Shown piece by piece: positions 38,231 to 50,918 of a stretch of DNA of 64,000 nucleotides (its first letter is position 1; every line of letters begins with the position of its first letter). The stretch comes from Octopus bimaculoides (lineage: Eukaryota). The position numbers and the translations under genes were made by a program. The notes beneath the pieces were generated by a model. It searched no databases. It saw only the letters and a list, made by a program, of their open reading frames with translations, and was not told the DNA's origin. The DNA lies in contig NC_068987.1 in assembly GCF_001194135.2 (NCBI RefSeq), forward strand, positions 106,784,851 to 106,848,850, written 5' to 3'.

Positions 38231-38466
38231 AAAGTGACGAGCTGGCAGAAACATTAGCACGTCGGGCGAAATGCTTAGCAGTATTTCGTCTGCCGTTACG
38301 TTCTGAGTTCAAATTCCGCTGAGGTTGACTTTGCCTTTCATCCTTTAGGGTTCAATAAATAAAGTACCAGTTACGCACTGAAGTCAATGTAATCGACTTA
38401 ATCCCTTTGTCTGTCCTTGTTTGTCCCCTCTATGTTTAGCCCCTTGTGGGCAATAAAGAAATAAGA
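38231..38466 (+). mobile_element. SINE-B, best-preserved copy, with the 'TGTCTGTCCTTGTTTGTCCCC..CAATAAAGAAAT' tail type
   Basis: GACGAGCTGGCAGAAACATTAGCAC (A-box-like) .. GAGTTCAAATTCC (B-box-like) .. GACTTTGCCTTTCATCCTTTAGGGTTCAATAAATAAAGTACCAG, then the tail. Confidence 0.92.
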
Positions 38467-40242
38467 GACACCCAAAACTATGGTTTCTTTTAATCATGTT
38501 TATTGCTTATAATTTATACGCATCAAATTCGGTTTCATTTTTTGACTTTGTCACATAATGATGTATTGTAATATTGTTGTTATCGTAAGTTCTAATGTTG
38601 TGATTGTGGATGGTTTTGACCCTAGGTCACAAGAATAGTGTCATGGCAAGAATGTAAATCGAAGACAAAATTATTCAAAAAAGTAGAGAAGTATTTATCG
38701 TACTAAATCACCACTTTTAGCCTTATTACTCAGAGAACGCGGTACCTCCTACTTTAAGAATCAATAATATAGAACCCTTATGCCCATTTGCGCCGACTCT
38801 ACTCCTGATTCTGTGACATATAAGCGTCTGTGGAAAGAAAGCGTCCCCTTGATCGGGACGTTGAAACATTTAGCTTTAATTTCTGAGTGGACTGAAGCAA
38901 CGTAAATTGAAATATAGAAGTGGAAGACACAGTGCGTTATCCTCACGTGGCGGATGGGGTTCACTAACCCATGTTCTTGTAGTTGTGCACTCAACACATT
39001 AACCACTAAAAGCTGTAGCTGCATGTTGTACACTAGTGCTACGATTGGATAGCTTCCTTCATATTAGGTATCAAGGGATGATTCCACTTTCTATTCCCTT
39101 CTCTTTCTCTCTTTCTTCTTCTTCTCTCTCTTTCCCTCTCTCTTTCTTTCTGTCTCCCTCTCTCTGTACGACAAAGAAAGTAAGAAAAGTAAGTTAACAT
39201 CGCAGTCTACCAATCTTTTCACCACCACATTCTGTGTTCTCCGAGAAAGAAAGGGTAGCAGACCCATGTTTTAAAAGTTCTGATATAGAAGTTCTTGTTG
39301 CGATACTATTGCAGTCTAGTTTTGTGGTTGCCAAGATTTAGTTCCAGCTCGTACCCTTTTGATCAATCCTATAATCAGAAGTTTTCTATACTTGACCATT
39401 CAGACGTCCTTTAGTATTCTCTAAAGTACGTCATTCAATTAAGTCAGTGGTAGGTGTTGACATTAATCTCAGATTAGATCTAAGTTCGCCGATTGTACTG
39501 CACAAATATTTTTTTTAACTCCTTAGAGGGTGGTGAATAATCTATTTAGATCATTCAATGTGTCCTTCCTTCCGTTAAATATCTTAGTACGTAATTTGAG
39601 GAAAGCAGCGTCTACGTATTGCATGGCTTCTTCCTTGTATTGTCTGATTCCCTACTTAATTGTAGAGGAGATGGTTCACCAGTAGTTCAAAATTAGTGCG
39701 GAATGCTCATCCACTTACAAGCTAACTCAATGGTCATAAACAAGACAGTCGTAGAATACTTCCGGAGATCCGTTTATTGTTGGTATTTGTACTGAAAGTA
39801 GAGTTTGTGAACCTGTGTCAAAAACCTTGCTCTGTCTATTCAAAACAACCCATTGCATTTACGACTATTGTGATATTGCTAACCTGGTTGTATCAGTCAT
39901 TATGCTGTTGTATTTGTAGTATTCAGCCTGTAGCAAGTTCACAGTAAAAAGTTGATGCTTACCGTGTGTACTAAGCATACATTCAACCGGTCTATGTCTA
40001 TACATCCTCTAGGAAAGCCTCTGTACTTTATCTGCAGTGCAAATGGGAGAACAGCCCGATAGTTTTTGTTTCGTTATTTGCAATACAACAGAATTCTCGA
40101 TTCGTAATTATTAGTACAGATAGAACAAAATCACTTAAAACTATCTTAAGAGAAATCCAACGAGCAACAAGCGCGCCCTTTCTTTCTTTGCATATTAGCT
40201 ATATGCATTGGCATTGTGTCTTTCAAGTGAGGCTGTTTTGTT

Positions 40243-40393
40243 TTTTGCACAAGGCCAGCAATTTCGGGGGATGAGCAAGTCGATTACATCGAACCCAGTG
40301 ATTCACTTGTCTCGATCCCAAAAGTATGAAAAGTAAAGTCGTCTTCAGTGGAATTTGAACTCAGAACGGACGAGATGCCGCCAAGCACTTTGC
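40243..40393 (-). mobile_element. SINE-B
   Basis: GCACAAGGCCAGCAATTT..GTCGATTACATCGAACCCAG..GGAATTTGAACTCAGAACGGACGAGATGCCGCCAAGCA. Confidence 0.85.
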
Positions 40394-41769
40394 TTTAAGA
40401 ATGCATTGTTACTGCAGTAGGAGTGATGTGATTGTACTGCTATCTGTTTTGATTTCAGTGAACCAAAAGTACTTCGTAGCTACTGAAGTGTCATAGTTTC
40501 TTGTCGGTTTTGCTCAACTAGTTTAATAGGTTTAACAAGATTTATGTGTCAACATGTAGCAAAACGGATTTCAAGAATCAACACAGTCAAAACTTCCAGA
40601 TTAAGGAATTTGCTTTCTAGAAGCCTATTGGAATTTCAGTTGAACAGTATGGAATCGGAGCATACACTTCCTGAGGGAGCATCGGTTGATCGAACCCCTC
40701 CTTGACCGTAAAACGCTATGAATATATATTATATTATATTATATTATATTATATTATTGTTATATTTCGGAATGATTATTTTTTTTGCCAAATTAACACA
40801 CGCGCTATATATTCGTTCTTCACTTTATCCTTATCATTGTTCTTTTTTGTGTCCTTTGTTTTAAATCTTTCGTCGCATGTCCTGTGACCTCTTCAGCGAA
40901 ACTCCATTCCATATGTCTCCCCTGTCCTGATTGGACCATTGTGTCCGTATATGATGTGTATCCTTAACCGAGCATGCGTTTGCGTCACTAAATCTGGGTG
41001 TGTATTCGTGTGTGTGTGTGTGCGTATATGTATATATATTTATATTCATACACACACATATATACATATGCATATATCTGTAGAGTGACACTTTCGCTTG
41101 TGTGTATGTATGCGTTTGTGTTAGTGTGGATAATTAGCATATCAAACATAAAGAATATATTACATTGCGCTTGACTCATACCCCAGGATGAAAATATTGG
41201 CCGACTTAGATTTTATTCCCTTACATGTTCAGTAAATTATATTCCAGACAAACAAACAGCTTCGATATGACCAACTAAAATTTTACGAGTGATTCAATTA
41301 ATATTACTGCTTGTCAATAATTTATGTAGTAAACAAATAATAGAAAATAAAAAACCCTGGGATTTTGTCAGACACTCATCTGATATTACCAATCCATCTT
41401 ACAGAATTTTATATTAAAATAAAATGCAGTAGCACTATGTGGAAGATAACAGGCAGTCAAATAGGTGACGCCAAAACACAGTCATTGATTGAACTAGCAA
41501 TCTATCAACAGCACAGAAGAGTATGCAATAAATTTAAACTGAACAAAACCGACATGTAGCTGCACAACCCCAGAAAGTATATCAAAACAAATAAGTGCTA
41601 AGATTTCATTTCCGGTATTGGGATTTACGATTAGTAATAATTTATGGATAAAGTATGTATTCCGGTTTGGAATTAGTGCTTATTATTTATTACTTAATAA
41701 TGTAATTGAAAAACAAATGTTTCATAGGACATTATAGTATTAGTTCATTTGACCACTATATATAAATGC

Positions 41770-41812
<43 letters not shown>

Positions 41813-42434
41813 CATATATAGACTCATACGTACATAAACTAGGTATGTATACATGTATGTCTATATGGATGTATATATTCGTGTATGTACAAGAGTGAGC
41901 GAAGAGACGAAAGGAAGCACCTCTCAACAAATTTAGAAGGTGTTACATGTATTTTTAATAACACTTCGAATCAGATCGACTTGACTACTACTATTGTCTG
42001 ATGAGTTGCACGCCCACAAAGCGTAAAGCCAAGCGGAACTGAGTCAAATTGTTATATTTTATTGCATTATTGTATAATATTGTACTATATGCGTCTGTAT
42101 GTGTGTGCGTAGTCTAGCGGTTAGTGTGCTGCACGTTGTGTTCTTGCGTAAGGTATTTCATATCACGCTGCTGTGCGATCACTTCGACATCTGATGTGTG
42201 ACAGAAGCACCAGTCCAGAACCTTCATTTGATCTATTAAAAAAGAGAATTTTTTTTTTGAATGGCATATACATTCATTGAAATGTTTCTTGATATTGTCT
42301 CTACTTCTAAATCGGTCTCAATCACAAATCTCACGCGGTGCAAATATATTTTCTTTAAAAGTTAACGTATGAATATTAAATCAAGAATTGTTTTCTATGT
42401 TGTTTAATATATATTCTATTATTATTTTATTCTT

Positions 42435-42817
42435 TTATTTGTTTCAGTCGTTTGTCTGCGGCCATGCTGGACTACCGAATTTAGTTGAGTAAATCGACCC
42501 CAGGACTTATTCTTTGTAACCCTAGTACTGATTATATCGCTCTGATTTGCCGAACCGCTAAGTTACGTAGGCGTAAACACACTAGCATCAGTTGTTAAGC
42601 AATGGTGGAGGGACAAATATAGACACGTAAACACACACACACGCACACACATATGAGGGCCTTCTTTCAGTTTCCGTCTACCAAATCCACTCATAAGGCT
42701 CTGGTCGGCCCGAGGCTATTTTTGAAGACACTTGCCAAAGGTGCCACGCAGTGGGACTGAACCCGGAGCCGTGTGGTTGGTAAGCAAGCTACTTATCGCA
42801 CAGCCACTCCTGCGCCT
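42435..42817 (-). mobile_element. SINE-A, full length (head + CORE-like box + internal CA repeat + second domain + tail)
   Basis: The reverse complement starts TATAGGCGCAGGAGTGGCTGTGCGATAAGTAGCTTGCT, has GGGTTCAGTCCC (B-box-like) and CCTTTGGCAAGTGTCTTC, then an internal (GT)n and a 3' half matching 21615-21843. Confidence 0.92.
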
Positions 42818-42836
42818 ATATATATANNNNNNNNNN

Positions 42837-42887
<51 letters not shown>

Positions 42888-43630
42888 GAGAGGGGCAGAC
42901 AGACAGACCATCTAAATGAATGCTGGCATACTCGATGTAGTAAGTTAAGAAAGTAGGAGTAATTAAATTTTCACCATTAGAAATGAGAACAATTATTGTC
43001 AAATTATCTCTTCTCGGTTAGAAAGTGCACGGAGGTCAAACCCAAAATTTTTATTGAAATTATATTAAGTATGGAATACGAAGATTTATGACTTTGATCT
43101 TTAGGAATGCAACAAAAGCTTCAGACTTTTCGGACCAGAATTTGTAATTTACATAAATATATGTTTCTTAGTACTAATGTTGTAAATTTCCTTAATTGAA
43201 ATTTTGTGGCTTGTAACAATAAGTATGCTATTTCCTACTTTACTATTAAGTTTCCATGCTGCAGATATCCGTAGTTTATTCCTCAGTCAATGTTTGTAAA
43301 TTCTTAAGCCATACTCTGTTCATTCAGAACACGATCGTAATATATTCCGTAGACTTGTACGATTCCCTAACACTTTTATACTCAGATTTGCTGATATTAG
43401 AATATAAGTGAAACGTGCCCACGGTTGGTACAGTAAAGCAAACAAAATCAAGCATATTTACCACTATATCCTATATTTAATTAATTTTAATTATTTAATA
43501 TTCCATACCTGTCTCTCCTTATTATCATTTGATAAATTTTTAGCTTGTAAAATGAATTAAATAATATTTCTTGGTTGACTAAATCAAGTATGCTAGTGAT
43601 CATTCATCGTCATACATATAAATATGTGTA

Positions 43631-43666
<36 letters not shown>

Positions 43667-45163
43667 TGTGTTTGGGTGTATACATGTGTGTATCATACAA
43701 TATTGTATTTTATTTTAAATGCATCTTGAACTGCAGAACATTTCCTCAGTAAGTTACCACTTGCGGTTTTCTACCACTAATTCTGAGCACTATTTAAGCT
43801 CAGGGTAAAAGTCTTGATTATTTGACCCATTTCAAAGAACGTATGATATATCACCTTTTGCACGTGCAGCAGCGTACCGAATTACGAGTAGCTGCAACGA
43901 CCGAATATTTTGATTTTAAGTGTTGAGCTTTGATTTCTCACTCATATATTGCTACCGTATCCATGACAAATCGTTCTATACGACACGTTCACTTTTTTAA
44001 ATCACTGAGCTGCCATTTCTGTCAGTCTAGTGCCAACGATGAAGGAAATCCTATATCAAGCAAAAATCCACGATCATGTCTGTCGCTACGTTCTTCATAT
44101 TTTAAGCACGTTATTTGTATCTGCCTTCCAGAATCATATGTAACTCAACAACTAGTATTGAAATGTCACTTCAAACTAGTTCAATGCGTTTCTTTTTATT
44201 ATGATAGCCTTAAAAACGAAATTGGAGCTTAATTGTCATTGAATCTTAGAGGAAAGACAACGTTGTATTGCGACCATCAGATTCTCAACAAAAGAACATC
44301 ATAAAACCAGTGCTGCATGATCATTTGAGCGAAACTGCAGATTTGTTTTATGACAGTCTGCTTTAGGTTGGCTGCAACCATCTTGGTATTTATCTAAGAA
44401 ACTGGGTATTTAGGTGAAGACCCCCAGTGACTTATACCGTCTGTTCTCTTACTATCTGTTCTTTAACTCTCTGTTCTCTTCCAGTGCAAAAGCGATACTC
44501 CTACGCATTTTCGGTACTGTGAACAGATTGCGGTTTTTCTTAGTATGACATCGATATTAATTATATAACTCCTACAACTGCAGCTGAAGAGATTCTGATT
44601 CTATAATTATTTCCACAATAGAGGTAATTCGACATTATGTAATGAGTAAAAGTGATTCGCCATAGTGAAATCAGTGAAACACTGAAGGCACACTAGTATG
44701 AGTTACACAGAATTTAGTATGCTATTAAATTGTCTTCTTATGATACTCAGATAACAAGGGCTATCGAAAAACGTTTTCTTCTTTCTTTAACAGAGCCCCG
44801 AGACTATTAGTCAAATGAAAGAATGAAACGACATCTCATTTGTCATCTCTTGACCAAACACACTTAGCATGTATACTAACAATACTTAAACCATTTACGA
44901 CAGCTGAGGAATAGGCGGTATTGTTAAACCGCTGCACAAATTATCTCTACAGGACAAATCTGCACGGTTATCGTTTAGCTACTTGATCCTGTAATCCTTG
45001 GTAGACACATAAAATAATGGAACACAGATCAGCTAGAGATATACGTAGTACTATTAAACACGAAACTATGGAAAAAATCCTTCAATAGATTATGTATAAA
45101 ATGATTGTTTAAAGAGGAACCGATAGGCGTTCACGACGCACGAAGGATCTATTATAGGGTATA

Positions 45164-45203
<40 letters not shown>

Positions 45204-45467
45204 TATGGTATATTTTGTTAAGAACGTAGTAGAGTACAGTATGAATCTCATCCAGCTTCAGATTTACCCTGTGCTATCCGGTAGTACTATTATACGTACC
45301 TCCAGGTTTGCTTTTGAGCATCTCTCACGTGTGAATAGATAATTGGAGAAGAAGGGGTACGGTTGGACATTAGTCTTTTGATCGCTACAATTGTTTCCAC
45401 GCAACCTGGTTCCCGAGGCATGCAGGTGCTTGATCATATAATCGCTTCCCTGTATTATGAAATCTAG

Positions 45468-47180
45468 TTGTGCTTGCTCAGGCGATATGTAAATATTCTT
45501 TCCGTAATTTCACACTCCAAAATTATACAGTTATATATAGATAACTACTACTCCACAATTAATCCTATAACACTCGATAAAGCACTTATATTTGCAATAA
45601 GAAAATGTAGTTTATGTAAGTCAGATGTACACATAATATTAAAGGCCCGAGAAACGGTTATAAATTACGACAACAAAATATGGACAACATCAGATAGAAC
45701 GAATTCAGTTCAGGTCACGGATATCGTAGGAATGTACAGCTTATTCCACATCAAATCTTCATTCCTACAAATAGTGGGGAGTCTATACACAGACGATGCA
45801 CTTTCCCAATTAAATGATTGTACTAAAGTAGAAATGGAGAGATACAGACAAAAACTACAAAAAATATTTTAAAATTTCGGCCTATCTATAAACATAGACA
45901 GTGATTACCGTAAGGTAAATTTCCTAGATGCTACTTTTAACTTAGAAGCATGGATGTACGAACCATACCACAAACCGAACGAGTGTCTTAGATACATAAA
46001 TAAAGTCCAATCATCTGCCATCTATAATCAAAGGAATAGTTAAGAACATAGACACTAGAATATCACGCCTGTCAGCCACCGAAACTATATTCAACATAGA
46101 CACACCTTAATACAATGAAGTACTAGCTAGGGTCGGGTATAATGAAACGATCACGCTCACACCTGGCAAACACCCATGCACCTCAAGTAGAAAACACACA
46201 CAACACGAAAAGCCACAAACACAAAGCAATAAACATAAAAACTCTAGACAGAATCGAAAAAAATGAAAAAATTTTTTTTAATCCACAAAGATTAACAATG
46301 ATAGCGAAAGTGACACAAAATGCCAACACCACACACAGTAGATAAAAGGAACCAAACAAAAAATGCTAAAATTCAGAGGTCTTCTAGTATAACCCAATTT
46401 TCGGATTGCAAATATTATTGAAGATAGGTAAACAATTCCCTAAAACACATAAATACCATAGTATTTTCAACAAGCACTCAGTGAAAGTAAAACACATCCA
46501 ACAAAATGGAGTGCTACATGTACAAAAACAACAATAAAAAACATACTTGCAAATAACGACCACAGATATGGAACAAACAGATCAAAACAACACAGTGTAT
46601 AGGAACAATAACAAAAATAAACACAGTAGGGATCAGAAAAACATGGGGAAAGCGACACTTATAATACAATTCAAACAAAGACTCTAAAAAGAATTGAGAA
46701 AACATGCTATAACATCAAGAATATTCAGACACTGCTAATTAACCTGAACATCACACCCACAAAGAAAAAAATCAACAAATAATTACAGAAATAATAATAG
46801 TGCAAATAATTGCAGCTGTCGCAAGAAATCTGCTTGTCCACTCAGAAGCCAACGCATGGAAAAAACATTATAAACAAATGTACAATCATCACACGGCAAC
46901 ATAAATAAGTGCACTGCTGAAACCAATTTAATGTCCGTTATCGCAACCATATCTCTTTATTCCAAAAGATAAACCGGTGACACGCAACATTACTAACGGA
47001 CCTAAAAAGGAGCTTAATAGCAGGAAAAATAAAATATGAAATAGAATGGACAATAATAAATACTGCACACCTATGGAATCCACTATCATGCGTATCTGAC
47101 TTGTGCCTTGTGGAAGGTAAATAAGCATGCTGAGAAAATACCGAGATGTTCCCACCGCGCCAAATATGCATTTTCTAGAT
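45468..47180 (+). mobile_element. Penelope-like retroelement, lineage 2: long degenerate RT + GIY-YIG ORF
   Basis: Motifs appear in order across frameshifts: YIDNYYSTI..LDKALIFA, VTDIVGMYSL, SLYTDDA (the RT YxDD motif), MERYRQKLQKIF, VNFLDATFNL, YHKPN, SNHLPSIIK, FPKTHKYHSIFNK, CSCRKKSACPL, VRYRNH, IEWTII, RCSHRAKY. Confidence 0.9.
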
Positions 47181-47189
47181 TCAGAACAG

Positions 47190-47350
47190 TGAAATAATAA
47201 TAATAATAATAATAATAATAATCATTTGAACTCTCTCCCTCTCCTCCTCACCTGTCCATGTGTGCATGTGTCGAGTTGCATTTTGATACATAGCTATATG
47301 CGCCTGTTTGCGTATTTACTATGAATGAATGCATGTATGTACCTACATAA

Positions 47351-47429
<79 letters not shown>

Positions 47430-47621
47430 TATATATATATATATATATATGTATATGTATATGTATGTGTGTGTGTGTGCATATGTGTATGTGTTTGTGT
47501 GTGTGAGGGTGTAACTGTGTTTGTGTAACTGTGTGTATGCACGCACGAGCATCTGTGTATGTATGTATATACGTGTGTATGTATGTGCATATATTAGTAT
47601 ATGTGAGCGTGTGAGTGTATA

Positions 47622-47662
<41 letters not shown>

Positions 47663-47666
47663 TATA

Positions 47667-47724
<58 letters not shown>

Positions 47725-47726
47725 CA
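47190..47726. repeat. Compound microsatellite (AAT, AT, AG, GT)
   Basis: Read directly. Confidence 0.95.
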
Positions 47727-48310
47727 TCTGACTGTGTTCGAGCGTTAGTAATCTTATTAGTCAGCTATGGACAAACGTATGCGTAAACAACCGGGAAGAA
47801 CAAATCTAGAATACAAAGAAATTAAATGCCAATCACTTTAAAATAGCAATCACTCCAACAGTAGCAAAATCACTATCTCACTACGTCTACCCGTTCGTAA
47901 CAGTTTACCAAGGGTCCTTCACCAACAACACACCCTAATAATCTCAATGACGATTACTAGATTCAGGCAACGATAGAGAAGATGCTCTTGCAGCCGAGTA
48001 TTTTGAACTTACGGATGCAATATTTGCTTACAACCTGAGGAAACATAACTAGATATCAAAATGCAAGGAAGTGGCTACATAATCAAGTATCTTCACACCA
48101 TTAGAACTACTTTGCGTAGAAACAATTGTAGCGGTTAACAAATAAATGTCCAACCGTACTCCTTCTTGTTGACTCCAATTTTCCAATTATGTATGTATGT
48201 ATGCATATAATTTCAAAATGTAGCCTGTCTGCTAATACTTTACATGTACCACGTCCTCGGGTCGTTATTTTTTTGAGCTTGTTCTTCATTTTTTTTTTTG
48301 GGGGGGGATA

Positions 48311-48352
<42 letters not shown>

Positions 48353-48369
48353 GCGTGTGTGTAATAGTA

Positions 48370-48702
48370 AAAGTATAGGAGCACTCCGTCGGTTACGACG
48401 ACGAGGGTCCCAGCTGATACGATCAACGGAACAGCTTGCTCGTGAAATTAACGTGCAAGTGACTGAGCATTCCACAGACACGTGTACCCCTAACATAATT
48501 CTCAGGGAGATTCAGCGTGACACAGAGTGTGACAAGACGGCCCTTTGAAATACAGGTACTACTTATTTTTGCCAGCTGAGTGGACTGGAGCAACGTGAAA
48601 TAAAGTGTCTTGCTCAAGGACACAACGCGTCGCCGGGAATTGAGCTCACGACCTTACCATCGTGAGCCGAATGTCCTAACCACTAAGCAACGCACTTTCA
48701 CA
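48370..48702 (-). mobile_element. SINE-C, best-preserved full-length copy
   Basis: The reverse complement reads GTGAAAGTGCGTTGCTTAGTGGTTAGG (A-box-like) .. GTGAGCTCAATTCCCGG (B-box-like) .. TTGTGTCCTTGAGCAAGACACTTTATTTCAC .. GTAACCGACGGAGTGC. Confidence 0.92.
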
Positions 48703-48791
48703 CACACACACTCACACACACACACACACACACACACATACATCTGTGTGTGTGTAAATATGTATATGTACATTTATATATAAATAACGAT

Positions 48792-48828
<37 letters not shown>

Positions 48829-50843
48829 GATTCAGGATATCATGATGAATATTGGAGAATTATACGTTCCATGGAATATGAAAGAATTACTTTAATAAAT
48901 GAATAGTGAAAATGTGTAATTCTCCATTTCTCATTACGATGATTTGATCATAAACTCAGTAAACAACATAACATTCACTACAGCGAACTCGGGATTAACA
49001 TTTTAGTCGTTCTTAAAGGCTTGTAACTGTTCCTTTTCATCCAATGCGGTAAGAAAATATAATTCTGGAATGTATCAGAGTCCTCGTAAGGAGGGACCTG
49101 TCCGGATTTCAAATNNNNNNNNNNNNNNNNNNNNNNNNNNNNNNNNNNNNNNNNNNNNNNNNNNNNNNNNNNNNNNNNNNNNNNNNNNNNNNNNNNNNNN
49201 NNNNNNNNNNNNNNNNNNNNNNNNNNNNNNNNNNNNNNNNNNNNNNNNNNNNNNNNNNNNNNNNNNNNNNNNNNNNNNNNNNNNNNNNNNNNNNNNNNNN
49301 NNNNATATATATATAAATGTATATTTGCGTCAACTAAGAAGTTTGTCGGAAATATACGTTGCACAACACTAACATGACACCATACATAAATTTTAGATCA
49401 TATGAACACAAGTGGTATCTGGAATATTTCAGCAATCATAACCGTGACGTAAATTACGGCATGAAATTCGGTGGGGCGGAGAGAAGGGTTATCATATGTC
49501 AGTAAACGTAGCGTTAGGCAATAACATGTATTTGCTTTCAATAAACTTATCGTGGAAATTTTAAGTTAAAATTTCTAGTGGTTCGAAAATATGTGCATTA
49601 AAAAAAAAGAAAAAAAACAATCAAAACTAGTTTTGGAATTTTATATTTAAGAAAATTAATATTATATATTTTGTCTTGCAGTTATGTTTACTTTATGTTT
49701 TGTATTGCAGAGAAATTTAAATGAAAAAAAAAATACGTAAATAAATAATTGAATTGAGAATTATTATAATTGAATATATAAATAAATACATTATTTACAT
49801 ATCGCTTAAAATCCTTTCACGTATTTCAAGTGGTGTATGTCAAACACATTCTGAAAGATTTTACTGAATTTTTCTCATTTTCTCGTTTTGTCAGAAGGTT
49901 GTATGTATATATGATATATGTAAGTATATATATATATATATATATATATATNNNNNNNNNNNNNNNNNNNNNNNNNNNNNNNNNNNNNNNNNNNNNNNNN
50001 NNNNNNNNNNNNNNNNNNNNNNNNNNNNNNNNNNNNNNNNNNNNNNNNNNNNNNNNNNNNNNNNNNNNNNNNNNNNNNNNNNNNNNNNNNNNNNNNNNNN
50101 NNNNNNNNNNNNNNNNNNNNNNNNNNNNNNNNNNNNNNNNNNNNNNNNNNNNNNNNNNNNNNNNNNNNNNNNNNNNNNNNNNNNNNNNNNNNNNNNNNNN
50201 NNNNNNNNNNNNNNNNNNNNNNNNNNNNNNNNNNNNNNNNNNNNNNNNNNNNNNNNNNNNNNNNNNNNNNNNNNNNNNNNNNNNNNNNNNNNNNNNNNNN
50301 NNNNNNNNNNNNNNNNNNNNNNNNNNNNNNNNNNNNNNNNNNNNNNNNNNNNNNNNNNNNNNNNNNNNNNNNNNNNNNNNNNNNNNNNNNNNNNNNNNNN
50401 NNNNNNNNNNNNNNNNNNNNNNNNNNNNNNNNNNNNNNNNNNNNNNNNNNNNNNNNNNNNNNNNNNNNNNNNNNNNNNNNNNNNNNNNNNNNNNNNNNNN
50501 NNNNNNNNNNNNNNNNNNNNNNNNNNNNNNNNNNNNNNNNNNNNNNNNNNNNNNNNNNNNNNNNNNNNNNNNNNNNNNNNNNNNNNNNNNNNNNNNNNNN
50601 NNNNNNNNNNNNNNNNNNNNNNNNNNNNNNNNNNNNNNNNNNNNNNNNNNNNNNNNNNNNNNNNNNNNNNNNNNNNNNNNNNNNNNNNNNNNNNNNNNNN
50701 NNNNNNNNNNNNNNNNNNNNNNNNNNNNNNNNNNNNNNNNNNNNNNNNNNNNNNNNNNNNNNNNNNNNNNNNNNNNNNNNNNNNNNNNNNNNNNNNNNNN
50801 NNNNNNNNNNNNNNNNNNNNNNNNNNNNNNNNNNNNNNNNNNN

Positions 50844-50918
<75 letters not shown>

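Noticed and set aside
48625-48702. tRNA-like sequences at SINE heads (also 38231, 42740-42817)
   Set aside because: They are SINE promoters with A/B-box-like motifs that continue into repeat bodies; there is no complete cloverleaf.
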